Counted from the stretch's first letter, positions 1 through 10,652 are shown. The stretch is DNA of 33,386 nt from Octopus bimaculoides (GCF_001194135.2 NC_068987.1:74436599-74469984); one strand, 5' to 3'. Translations and numbers: made by a program. The notes: generated by a model from the sequence alone, not told the origin.

Positions 1-307
1 TGTGTGTACGTATGTATGTGTATGTATGCGAGTATATGTGTGTGTGAATGTATGTATGTGTGTATGTATGTATGCGAGTATGTATGTGTGTGTGTGTATG
101 TATGTATGTATGCGTGTATGTATGTATGTATGTATGTACTTATGTCTGAGTGTTTGTAAGTGTGTGTGTGTACGTGTACGTAAGAATGAATGTGTACGGG
201 AATCATATACATGTATAGGCGTCTGTGTGTGCGCGTGTGTGCGTATTCCTGTCCGCACATACACACGCACACATGCACACACACACACACACACACAACA
301 CATACAA

Positions 308-346
<39 letters not shown>

Positions 347-590
347 CATGCATGCATACGTGCATACATATATGCTTGCATATACATACATATAATTTAC
401 ATGCTAAATTCGATGTATGTAGGTCTCAGGAAAGCCTAAACGTGAACACTCGCACACACGCACACACGCACACAAGCACGCACACAAACACGCACACAAG
501 CACGCATACACGCACGCACACACGCACGCACGCACATGCGTACACGCATACACATACGCGTGCACTCTTACGTATATACGCACGGCGGTG
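1..590. repeat. Compound TG/TATG/CA/TA microsatellite
   Basis: Directly visible; explains ORFs 2..439, 190..636, 203..391, 404..622 and 426..632. Confidence 0.95.
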
Positions 591-992
591 TTCTCCCATT
601 TCCTCACGTCTATCATCATCATACTTAACCAAGTGACTATTTCACTCTTCTAGCAAAGCTATCGTGACGTCACTTGATCAGATGTTTTACCTCATCTGGG
701 GACTCTCCTCTGCTTATCAGTTCTTCACAATGCAAATAGTTCACTGTACCACATGTCTCAAAGGTCTGTCAAGATTCCAAACCTAAAAATGTATATATTA
801 ACCACGAGGGTCAAATTTCACAGTGAGACTAAAGTACTGATATGACTACGTTTTTATTCATAATCTACGTTTCTGTTGGTTGCTCTTGTAAATAATGTCC
901 GGCCGTGAACCTTGTAAGTATTACATTAACGAGTTGCACTGTTCACAATCTCGTTTACATGTTCATATCCTTTTTCTTTTCTTTTTTTTTTT

Positions 993-1233
993 TTTTACTT
1001 GTTTCCGTTATTTGACTGCGGCCATGCTGGAGCACCGCCTTTAGTCGAACAAATCGACCCCAGGACTTGTTCTTTATAAGCCTAGTACTTATTTTATCGT
1101 TTTTTGTTGGGTTTTTTTTGCCGAACCGCTAATGTTACGGGGACATAAACACACCAACATCGGTTGGCAAGCGTTGTTGGGGGGACAAATACAGACACAC
1201 AAACATATATACACATACATCGTTGTCGGCTCC
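993..1233 (-). mobile_element. tRNA-derived SINE family A, 3' half (runs into gap)
   Basis: Reverse complement of the 3' half of the full copy at 18318-18760 (shared GCCGAACCGCTAA, AGTACTTA, GCTGGAGCACCGC and TTGTTTC segments). Confidence 0.85.
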
Positions 1234-1618
1234 NNNNNNNNNNNNNNNNNNNNNNNNNNNNNNNNNNNNNNNNNNNNNNNNNNNNNNNNNNNNNNNNNNN
1301 NNNNNNNNNNNNNNNNNNNNNNNNNNNNNNNNNNNNNNNNNNNNNNNNNNNNNNNNNNNNNNNNNNNNNNNNNNNNNNNNNNNNNNNNNNNNNNNNNNNN
1401 NNNNNNNNNNNNNNNNNNNNNNNNNNNNNNNNNNNNNNNNNNNNNNNNNNNNNNNNNNNNNNNNNNNNNNNNNNNNNNNNNNNNNNNNNNNNNNNNNNNN
1501 NNNNNNNNNNNNNNNNNNNNNNNNNNNNNNNNNNNNNNNNNNNNNNNNNNNNNNNNNNNNNNNNNNNNNNNNNNNNNNNNNNNNNNNNNNNNNNNNNNNN
1601 NNNNNNNNNNNNNNNNNN

Positions 1619-2770
1619 TGTTTGCTGAGACCCGCATTGGTGGATGGCGGATCTTGATGTCAAGGCGAGAAATAGAAGGCGGTGATCCGTCCAGCAGCCA
1701 TCTGCACTAGGCATAGAACGGGTGATGCGTACATCTCGTCTGTCCTTGAATCTTGTCAGAACGTAGTCGAGGATGTGCCAGTGTTTAGACTGTCGGTGTT
1801 TCCAGGTCGTCTTTTGTCGAGTAGGGAGATAAAATAGGGAGTTAGTGGTGACGAGTTCGTGCTCGACACAAAGGCTCAGAAGGAGCTGGTCATTAGTATT
1901 GCATTTTCCAGTGCCGTGATGACCGAGAATGCCGTTCCACAGACAATGGTCACTGCTAACTCTGCCGTTAAAGTCGCTCAACAGGACGAGTTTGTCATGC
2001 GCGGGGACTGTCTGGATGTTGCGGTCCAGCAGGTTGTAGAACAAAGCCTTGACGTCGTCTTCAGATCTGAGGGTAGGGGCGTACACAGAGATCAGCGTAA
2101 GGTATCTGTCCCGAAAGAGCGGGATCCGAGCAGCCATCAGGCGCTTGCTGACAGCAGTTGGGACGAATCTGTATTAGTCCACGAGTTTCGTTTACATGGC
2201 AAGACCAACTCCATGGATGCGTGGTTCGTTAGGATTCTTCCCTTTCCAAAAAATGGTGTATTTACAGCCAGCTTTTCGGATACTGCCTTTCTGGGAAGCC
2301 TAGTCTCGGTCAAGGCTGCCACATCGAGGTGGAAGCGGGCAAGTTCCCTGCCGACGAGGGCTGTACGTCACTCCAGATGATTAGTGTCACTCTTGTCCTG
2401 GAGAGTGCAGATGTTCTAGGCCCCGAAAGTGAAAGGCTGTGAAAAAATGGATTTAGTCGTTGATGATGGATGAGTAGAAGTAGAGTTCCAACCGCTGAGT
2501 GGGAGGACCGCCATCCGCGGTATGCTGGCCAGATCGAGTTGCCGTGTCCGATGTTTACCCCCACCTTTTCTAGGGGCTCCCTCTTAAGGGGTGGGCTGCA
2601 GTAATCCTAAAGAGGCCAGCCCAATCACGAGTCCAGCTGTCGAACTCCAATGTCACGGCTATTCATTGGAGAGCGACCATCTAAGATTCGCTGCCAATGT
2701 GTGGTCATGGAGTAGAGGCTTCTAGCTTTCCAGACCTGTTCCCGGCGCTCGCGATACCATCGGAATTTTG
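1619..2770 (-). mobile_element. RTE-clade (BovB-like) LINE: 5' region and AP-endonuclease domain, decayed, 3' part lost in gap
   Basis: From ~2436 the minus strand reads FTFGA*NICTLQD...RTALVGRELARFHLDVAALTETRL, then after a frameshift GCKYTIFWKG...IHGVGL...LISVYAPT...LVLLSDFNGRV...TTWKHRQSKHWHILDYVL...CWTDHRLL. These are RTE APE motifs with stops. The 5' boundary is approximate. Confidence 0.92.
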
Positions 2771-2962
2771 TTTTTGAGACTCAACGAGTAGAAAGACGAA
2801 GCCAGTCGCTGAGTAAATTGTTTGAGGTGATCGTGGCGCAGCTGTGTGATAAGTAACTTTCTCTGCAATCGTTCGTTCAAAGAAAGATGAAACCAGTTCA
2901 GTTAGTTCACATTATACCTCAATAGTTTAACTGCGAGGCTTACCATTATATACAAATATATA

Positions 2963-3008
2963 GGCGCATGTTGTGTAGTGGTAAGAGGCTTGCTTCCGGG
3001 TTCAGTCC
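2963..3008 (+). mobile_element. SINE family A head fragment (runs into gap)
   Basis: GGCGCA...GTGTAGTGGTAAGAGGCTTGCTTCCGGGTTCAGTCC matches the A/B-box head of 18318-18380, with an internal deletion. Confidence 0.65.
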
Positions 3009-3885
3009 NNNNNNNNNNNNNNNNNNNNNNNNNNNNNNNNNNNNNNNNNNNNNNNNNNNNNNNNNNNNNNNNNNNNNNNNNNNNNNNNNNNNNNNNNNNN
3101 NNNNNNNNNNNNNNNNNNNNNNNNNNNNNNNNNNNNNNNNNNNNNNNNNNNNNNNNNNNNNNNNNNNNNNNNNNNNNNNNNNNNNNNNNNNNNNNNNNNN
3201 NNNNNNNNNNNNNNNNNNNNNNNNNNNNNNNNNNNNNNNNNNNNNNNNNNNNNNNNNNNNNNNNNNNNNNNNNNNNNNNNNNNNNNNNNNNNNNNNNNNN
3301 NNNNNNNNNNNNNNNNNNNNNNNNNNNNNNNNNNNNNNNNNNNNNNNNNNNNNNNNNNNNNNNNNNNNNNNNNNNNNNNNNNNNNNNNNNNNNNNNNNNN
3401 NNNNNNNNNNNNNNNNNNNNNNNNNNNNNNNNNNNNNNNNNNNNNNNNNNNNNNNNNNNNNNNNNNNNNNNNNNNNNNNNNNNNNNNNNNNNNNNNNNNN
3501 NNNNNNNNNNNNNNNNNNNNNNNNNNNNNNNNNNNNNNNNNNNNNNNNNNNNNNNNNNNNNNNNNNNNNNNNNNNNNNNNNNNNNNNNNNNNNNNNNNNN
3601 NNNNNNNNNNNNNNNNNNNNNNNNNNNNNNNNNNNNNNNNNNNNNNNNNNNNNNNNNNNNNNNNNNNNNNNNNNNNNNNNNNNNNNNNNNNNNNNNNNNN
3701 NNNNNNNNNNNNNNNNNNNNNNNNNNNNNNNNNNNNNNNNNNNNNNNNNNNNNNNNNNNNNNNNNNNNNNNNNNNNNNNNNNNNNNNNNNNNNNNNNNNN
3801 NNNNNNNNNNNNNNNNNNNNNNNNNNNNNNNNNNNNNNNNNNNNNNNNNNNNNNNNNNNNNNNNNNNNNNNNNNNNNNNNNNNNN

Positions 3886-4232
3886 TTCTAGTTAATTTTA
3901 GTTAATTTTTGTTTATTTTCAGATCATTAAAATGGAATGTCAAGTTAAGAAAAACGAGCATTTTCGACAACTCCTTTTTGCTTTTAATCAAGGTTCTAAG
4001 GCCGTAAAAGCTGCTTGCGACATTTGTTCTGTGTATAGAGAGGGTGCCATAGCTGAAAGAACCGCTCGTAATTGGTATGCCAAGTTCAAAAATGGAAATT
4101 TTGACCTCAAAGACGCTCCTCGTTCTGGTCGTCCAGTTGAGTTCGATGAAGAGCGATTAAACCACCTTTTGCACGAAAACTCTCGTCAAACGACAAGGGA
4201 ACTGACAGAGAAAATGGAATACTCCCACACCT
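3886..4232 (+). mobile_element. Mariner (Tc1/mariner) transposase N-terminal HTH region, 3'-truncated
   Basis: ORF 3932..4237 MECQVKKNEHFRQLLFAFNQGSKA...ARNWYAKFKNGNFDLKDAPRSGRPVEFDEERL...RQTTREL is a Mos1-like bipartite HTH with the RSGRP linker. It stops before the WVPHEL motif and DDD domain. Confidence 0.93.
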
Positions 4233-5128
4233 CATAGACCCTCTGACTTTCCTCGTTCTATAGCTGTATATGAAAATTTCCTTTGACCAAATTCCATACC
4301 CATTTACATACATACACAGAGATTAGCAATGCCTATGTAGAGTTTTAGGTCCAATAAGGTTTGCACGACACCTCATAGACCCTCTCAACTTTATTGACAT
4401 TATCCAGAAACAAGCCGGAGCAAGATGTATGGTGCCAATATGAGTCGCAGGCTCAGGGATGTGGGAATGCCATGATCTTTAGCACAAACCAAAGATCCCC
4501 CAAAAGTCCAATGCCATTCCCAGCATATCTGGTTTTATATCAGGGTGACCTTCTCCTAGAGACATGCTTCAACAGAAACAGAATATTGTTGTTACAACAT
4601 GTAAATATATCCGAGACCTCATGAAAAATAACCACTTGATTAGTTATCATAAAGTCACTCACCAACACACTCAAGCCTCAAGTTCACGGGCGTGCTGTTG
4701 CTTCTCTTCGCCATTTCAGAAGCCTTAGTTCCTCGAACCTGGTTGGTCTCATGCCACGTCCATTTAAGCCCATCCCCCTCATTCAACTCGTCTCATATTG
4801 AGTCCTACGTTGGCCGCCACGCCCATTCTTTTCTTCCCAGAAGATCCACCAACCGGAAGTCCCTCAATGATTATGTTCTTCTCGACATCCTTGACTTAGA
4901 AATGTTCGAGAACATTAACGGTACCATTCACACTTGTCTCGGAGGATTTACGAAGATTATGGGCGCAGATTCTTCCTCCATGCTAAAATATCGGTGGTTG
5001 TGATGCGGTGATGGTGGTTGTGATGGTGGTTGGGGTCGTAATGGTGGAATGATGGTTGTAATACCAGTGATGTTGATCATAATGATGGCGGTGATGGTGG
5101 TAGTGTACGTTATAGTGGTGGTTGTAGT

Positions 5129-5513
5129 GGAGGCGCAATGGCCCAGTGGTTAGGGCAGCGGACTCGCGATTATAGTATCGCGGTTTCGATTCCCAGACCG
5201 GGCGTTGTGAGTGTTTATTGAGCGAAAACACCTAAAGCTCCACGAAGCTCCGGCAGGGGATGGTGGCGAACCCTGCTGTACTCTTTCATCACAACTTTCT
5301 CTCACTCTTACTTCCTGTTTCTGTTGTGCCGGTATTTCAAAGGGTCAGCCTTGTCACACTGTGTCACGCTGAATCTCCCCGAGAACTACGTTAAGGGTAC
5401 ACGTGTCTGTGGAGTGCTCAGCCACTTGCACGTTAATTTCATGAGCAGGCTGTTCCGTTGATCGGATCAACTGGAACCCTCGACGTCGTAAGCGACGGAG
5501 TGCCAACAACAAC
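5129..5513 (+). mobile_element. Full-length tRNA-derived SINE family C with (CAA)n tail and target-site duplication
   Basis: A box TGGCCCAGTGG, B box GTTTCGATTCC, tail CCAACAACAAC. Flanked by AGTGGTGGTTGTA at 5114-5126 and 5514-5526 (13-bp perfect TSD, 16/17 if extended). Confidence 0.9.
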
Positions 5514-5780
5514 AGTGGTGGTTGTAATGGTATTGGTAGAGTTTGTGGTGGTTGTGGTGGTAGTGTCAGTGATAATGATGGTGGCCGTTGTTGTGACGGT
5601 GGTAATTGTAATGGTGGTGGTGTAGGCTATAGTGGTGGTGATAGTAATGTTGATAATATCGGAGCTGGTGGTGATGGTGGAGGTGTCGGTGATGATAGTT
5701 TTATAGTAACGGTAACTGTTGTCGTGGTGCTGGTGATGGTACGTGTGACGTTGGTGTTGGTAGTATATAGAAGGGAGTTG

Positions 5781-6071
5781 AAGGCGCGTGGCGAAGTGGT
5801 TAGAGTAATCAGCTCAAGAGCGTTAGGGCTTAAGTTCGATACCTGGCGTCGTGTTGAGCCCTTAAACAAGACATTTTATCTCACGTTACTCCAGTCCATT
5901 TCAAAAGGCCAGCCTTGTCATATTCTGTGTCACGCTGAATCGCCCAGAGAACTACGTTAAAGGTACGCATGTCTGTGGAGTGCTCAACCACTTGCACGTT
6001 TATTTTACGAGCAGGCTGTTCTGTTGATCGGATCAACTGGAACTCGCGTCGTCGTAACCGACGGAGTACCA
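5781..6071 (+). mobile_element. SINE with a different tRNA head and CORE-like segment joined to the family C 3' body
   Basis: Head GGCGCGTGGCGAAGTGGTTAGAG...GTTCGATACC. From ~5900 (TTTCAAAAGGCCAGCCTTGTCA) to 6071 it aligns with 5336-5505. Confidence 0.8.
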
Positions 6072-6171
6072 GTTTTAGAAATGTATAGCAATGTTGATGT
6101 TTGAGATAGTGGCGACGGTGATGGTTGTAGTAATGCTAGCGGTGGAAGTAGTGGTTCTAGTGTGCTTGTGA

Positions 6172-6245
<74 letters not shown>

Positions 6246-6995
6246 ATGGAGGTGGCAGTGTTTGTAGTAAGACATACCAAAAGATAAAAATAAAGCTCCT
6301 GTCTCACGGTGTCGTCAACACTAATCTACAGAACAGACATGCGACTGGGAGAATATGGTAGCCAGGAGGTATTGTTGTTGCTGTTATTGTTGCAATGGTG
6401 GTGTTGTAGGTGGTGGTATGGATGGATGGATGGATGATAGTGTAATGATGTTAATGGTAGTGGAACTGGTGTTGGCGATGATGGTGGTGTGATGTTGCTG
6501 GTAGTCATCGTTGTGGAGATGGTGGTGGTGGTGGTGGTGGTGGTGNNNNNNNNNNNNNNNNNNNNNNNNNNNNNNNNNNNNNNNNNNNNNNNNNNNNNNN
6601 NNNNNNNNNNNNNNNNNNNNNNNNNNNNNNNNNNNNNNNNNNNNNNNNNNNNNNNNNNNNNNNNNNNNNNNNNNNNNNNNNTGGTGGTGGTTGCGGCGCT
6701 GGTGGTAGTTGAAATGGTTGCGGAGATGATGGGTGTGTGATGGCGTTGATCGTGGTAGTAGTGGTGGTGGTGGTGGTGGTGGTGGTGGTGGTGATGGTGG
6801 TGGTGATGGAAGTGGTTATTATTACCGTGGTGATGGTGGATGTCATGGTAGTGTTAATGGTGGTAGTGATGGTAATGCTGTTCGTGGTGGTGATAATGAT
6901 GCTGGTGTTGGTGGAGGGGGGTGGCTGTAATGATGATGGTAGTGGTGGTGGAATTGGTGGTAGTGGTGGAGGAGGCGACGGCGGCAGCGATGGAA

Positions 6996-7164
6996 CATAG
7001 ATCAAAGGCATTCCAGTTATGGCCGTCCAGTTGTTTTAGGTAAACGTAGGAGTACATTATTTCATACTTTCCCATCTTCGTTATCTTAAGTCGCTAGGAT
7101 GTAATTTGAAGAAGATTTGACTGCTATTTCTAGCAGCTCGAACAACCACGTAGAAGCATCCTCG
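6996..7164 (-). mobile_element. Unclassified bipartite repeat (family D) copy
   Basis: Block A GATCAAAGGCATTCCAG and block B GATTTGACTGCTATTTCTAGCAG...CCACGTAGAAGC separated by a variable spacer. Confidence 0.75.
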
Positions 7165-7199
7165 TAGTTGATGTTGTCGGATGTGATGATTGTGTTGGA

Positions 7200-7388
7200 G
7201 ACTAAGTCAACTCTGGTTCAGCAGACCTATAATCAAAGGCGTTCCACCCATGACCATGCTGTAATTCAGACGAATCTAGAACTACTCTAATATGTCTTTG
7301 CTTTTTCTTGAAATGGGTAGGTTGTGATTTAGGAGGAAATTTGTTTGCTACTTCTAGCAGGTCGAACGAATTCAAAGAAGCTGTCTTG
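7200..7388 (-). mobile_element. Family D copy, tandem with the previous one
   Basis: GCAGACCTATAATCAAAGGCGTTCCACCCATGACCAT ... GTGATTTAGGAGGAAATTTGTTTGCTACTTCTAGCAGGTCGA. Confidence 0.75.
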
Positions 7389-7469
7389 TGTTGTTTAGTT
7401 CCAGAGAAATTGTGGTAGATATTACAGTATTAGTAGCGGTGGTAATGGTAGAGGTGTTAGTGATCAGGA

Positions 7470-7518
<49 letters not shown>

Positions 7519-7991
7519 GGTGGTGGTGGTGGTGGCGGCGGCGGNNNNNNNNNNNNNNNNNNNNNNNNNNNNNNNNNNNNNNNNNNNNNNNNNNNNNNNN
7601 NNNNNNNNNNNNNNNNNNNNNNNNNNNNNNNNNNNNNNNNNNNNNNNNNNNNNNNNNNNNNNNNNNNNNNNNNNNNNNNNNNNNNNNNNNNNNNNNNNNN
7701 NNNNNNNNNNNNNNNNNNNNNNNNNNNNNNNNNNNNNNNNNNNNNNNNNNNNNNNNNNNNNNNNNNNNNNNNNNNNNNNNNNNNNNNNNNNNNNNNNNNN
7801 NNNNNNNNNNNNNNNNNNNNNNNNNNNNNNNNNNNNNNNNNNNNNNNNNNNNNNNNNNNNNNNNNNNNNNNNNNNNNNNNNNNNNNNNNNNNNNNNNNNN
7901 NNNNNNNNNNNNNNNNNNNNNNNNNNNNNNNNNNNNNNNNNNNNNNNNNNNNNNNNNNNNNNNNNNNNNNNNNNNNNNNNNNNNNNNNNNN

Positions 7992-8078
7992 TATATATAC
8001 GTACATATACATATACATACATACATACATACATACATACACATACATACATACATACATATTCACACACTACATATG
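7992..8078. repeat. (TACA)n microsatellite
   Basis: Directly visible. Confidence 0.95.
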
Positions 8079-8755
8079 CATAAATATTGACTGTTTTGTC
8101 TTTCGTTCGAGAAACGAAATCAGGGCTCCTCTGCAATTAATCATAGCTTTCAGCTAATATAAAGTCGGGGTAGTACCCGTTTAAACTGATCTGATTGTGG
8201 GATTTTTCTGCTGTCTTTCAGTGATTCTTAATCTTTGTGCTTCAAGTCATGCTCCATTATTCTCTTCTAGTGTTTCGTTCTGTTTCCTTTCAGTTATTTT
8301 TATTCTTCTTTTACTTCGTACTGAGCCCTTGTTTCTTGTGCTTCTTGTTGTTTTACAGCAGTTCACAAACGACGATGTGACGGTTGTGTACTAGGATATA
8401 TAACAGGAATTACTGGAGAGCTAACTGAATGTTCTTCATGTTCATAGCGGAGGCTCCTCAGTGAGGTTATGTAATAGATTCTTAGATCCAAGAGGAGATT
8501 ACTCTAGATATTAAATATACAACGGTATATTAATTTATTCAAAGTCATGTGGGGAAATATGTAGAATACCTAATCTCTTCTGTGTATGATGTTATTTGTT
8601 GCTGTTAAAATACTATATTCTTCGCAGTTCATAGGCTGAATGGTATATACGTTGACAATACTTCCTTTTATTCAGATATTGTCAACTCTTCTACTTTTGA
8701 GTTACCCGATATATCGGAACAGTGATGTTGAATTGATTCTACCCTAGATATGATT

Positions 8756-9089
8756 AATGCACGTGCTGTGCAATATAGGTTTTTAAAGCGTTCTCTACAA
8801 GCCCTAAAATGCCTTCACTCTACTATATGCTGTCACTACAATGGTTTTACACAATGGTTGGGGTTCGTCCAAATACATGAATGAGCTTTTCAGAAAATCC
8901 GCTCCTAGCCAAAGCATCGTTGTAGTGGGGGGAAGCCTTATTAAAGATCCCCATGTTGGCTGAGAGTTTAGACACCCATTTGCTAATGTCTGAAACCAGG
9001 TTTCTAATTACAGCGAGTGGAGCGGTTGACTTCTTGTTGATATATACTGTTTCTTCACTAGGCTTCTTGTGGGGGTAATATTTAGATCC
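8756..9089 (-). mobile_element. Penelope-like element, inverted 5' segment: RT thumb to GIY-YIG N-terminal half, with internal deletion
   Basis: Minus strand KYYPHKKPSEETVYINKKSTAPLAVIRNLVSDISKWVSKLSANMGIFNKASPHYNDALARSGFSEKL resembles the PLE thumb pattern YRKP..PLYI...SNHP...F..AAP.Y..AL..SGY.EKL. It continues as degenerate DSI...ILGLVENALKTYIAQHVH (YIG.T...FK.R..QH). Confidence 0.8.
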
Positions 9090-9534
9090 AAGGACAAAAA
9101 GAACTCCACTTCCCTGCCGCATTTTCTCTAGAAACTTCGTGACCTCCGAAACGAAACAGCTAGCATCAAGTGGACTATTGTCAACATCGACAGGCCGCCA
9201 CTATATTCACCCGGCGCCCCTAATTGCCTGCTGTGCCTCCGCGAAAAACTGCATGTCATCTACCAACCCGCAGTATCAGTCAACAAGAAGTAAGGGGTAT
9301 CGTAATGCTGTCACCAGAGGTACACCCTTCTGGTAAATTTCAAGCCACTGGCCACCGACAACCCTGGTATACCTCCTTAGTACCAGCCACCTCTGGTACC
9401 GCCTGTATCAAGGTCACTCTCACAAATTAACCCCCACGAACAGCACCACAAATCACCAATCCCCAACACTTCTCCATGCCTGTCTACCCTCAACTCTCAC
9501 TCGTCGTACATCACCCCTTATACATGACCACACG

Positions 9535-9990
9535 AATATGTGTGCGCGAGTGCATGTGCGTGAGTGCGCATATGCATCTGCTCACCGTATGCATGTGCAC
9601 GGATGTGTGTGCAAAGGCGTGCACCTGTGCGTGTGGATGTATGTACATGCGTACACTTGTGTGTGCGCGCGTTTGTGTGTGTGCTTGTATGCATATGTAC
9701 ATGGATATAAAGGTGTGCACGCGTGTGTATGTGTATGCGTGTGTTCGTGTGTGTGTGTGTATGTATGCGCGTGTATGTGTGTGTGTATGTATGTGCGTGT
9801 ATGTGTGTGCATGTGTGCGCGCGTGTGTGTGCGTGTACGTGTGTGCCTTCGCGCGTGTGTGTGCCTGTGTGAATGCGTGCGCGCGCACGCGTATGTCTGA
9901 GTGCACATCTAAGCACGCATGCTCGTATAAGTGCGGATGCATACACGCAGATATATGGGCATATACATGTACATATATACATATACACCC
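9535..9990. repeat. Degenerate (TG)n/(TGCG)n microsatellite inside the PLE 3' region
   Basis: Directly visible. Confidence 0.9.
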
Positions 9991-10024
9991 TCACATCTAC
10001 CGCTCGTATCTACTTTCCCCCAAC

Positions 10025-10108
10025 CACACGACCGATTTCTTGTCCACCACGCGGTCGATTTCCTGTTCGCCACGCAGTCGATTTCCTGCTCACCATGCGG
10101 TATTTTCC
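10025..10108. repeat. 23-bp tandem repeat, ~3.6 copies (consensus CACGCGGTCGATTTCCTGTTCAC)
   Basis: Units start at 10025, 10048, 10071 and 10094 (partial). Confidence 0.85.
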
Positions 10109-10233
10109 AACTAATTGCTGTCGCTGAAATACCAACATCAGACTGCTATACCACGTGATCATTCCCGACCAATCGCAGGCTAATATCCAGTAGTAAACTT
10201 TGACTGTCTTCAATCGAATTCTCATTCAGACTC

Positions 10234-10280
10234 CAATGGCCGAAGAGTAGCCACACGCTTGAAACTCAGAGTACAAAGGG
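10234..10280 (+). ncRNA. Degenerate type I hammerhead ribozyme
   Basis: CCGAAGA (CUGANGA with U4>C), imperfect stem II (AGC-CACAC-GCT), then GAAAC-TCAGA-GT-A with near-palindromic stem III ACTC/GAGT. Confidence 0.5.
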
Positions 10281-10429
10281 TTTTGAATCAAACTGTCTTG
10301 ATCTATACATGTAACTCCCAATAAATGTGTTGAATGACCTTCTTTTGTTTGTCTACTCACTCAATGTAACCACATGTGAATCGTTGGTGATCTTCTTCCT
10401 CTGTCTTCCTTTCTATTGGACTTTCCTCT

Positions 10430-10464
10430 GTTTCTGACGAAGAGCGTTGCTCGAAACGTTAAAC
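10430..10464 (+). ncRNA. Minimal type I hammerhead ribozyme (PLE-associated)
   Basis: GTTT(10430-33) CTGACGA(10434-40) A GAGC-GTT-GCTC(10442-52) GAAAC(10453-57) GT-T AAAC(10461-64). It has a complete core, 4-bp stems I and II, and a loopless palindromic stem III (AACGTT). Predicted cleavage is after 10460. Confidence 0.85.
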
Positions 10465-10569
10465 CATCTTTCCTTCCTTCCCTGAGCGTCTGCTAATACT
10501 TTACATGTACCACGTCCTCACGTTGTTGTTTTTTTTGTGTGTTTGTTGTTCTTCTTTTATTTGGATTTA

Positions 10570-10570
10570 C

Positions 10571-10652
<82 letters not shown>

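Larger units (their letters stand above)
5000..7543. repeat. Degenerate GGT/GTA/GAT trinucleotide low-complexity region hosting several insertions; pure (GTA)n at ~6171-6243
   Basis: Directly visible; source of the poly-V/poly-T/poly-P ORFs. Confidence 0.9.
9081..10560 (+). mobile_element. Penelope-like element, 3' segment: GIY-YIG C-terminus plus 3' UTR/pLTR with internal microsatellite and hammerheads
   Basis: Plus strand FRSKDKKNSTSLPHFL*KLRDL...IKWTIV...YSPGAPNCLLCLREKLHVI...VNKK*GVS*CCHQRYTLLVNFK matches the PLE C-terminus (NSTELS..IW.LK...IKW...C.LCL.EK...LNKR.E....CRH...L.NFK). Hammerhead motifs lie downstream. Confidence 0.88.

Noticed and set aside
6075-7000. (GGT)n tracts as G-quadruplex or dsRNA partner of the (ACC)n tract at 10840-11700
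   Set aside because: A generic property of such tracts, with nothing locus-specific and poor identity between them.
8090-8170. Minus-strand CTGAAAG...CGAAAGAC...GTC
   Set aside because: The core is not CUGANGA and the stem III register does not give a UH site.
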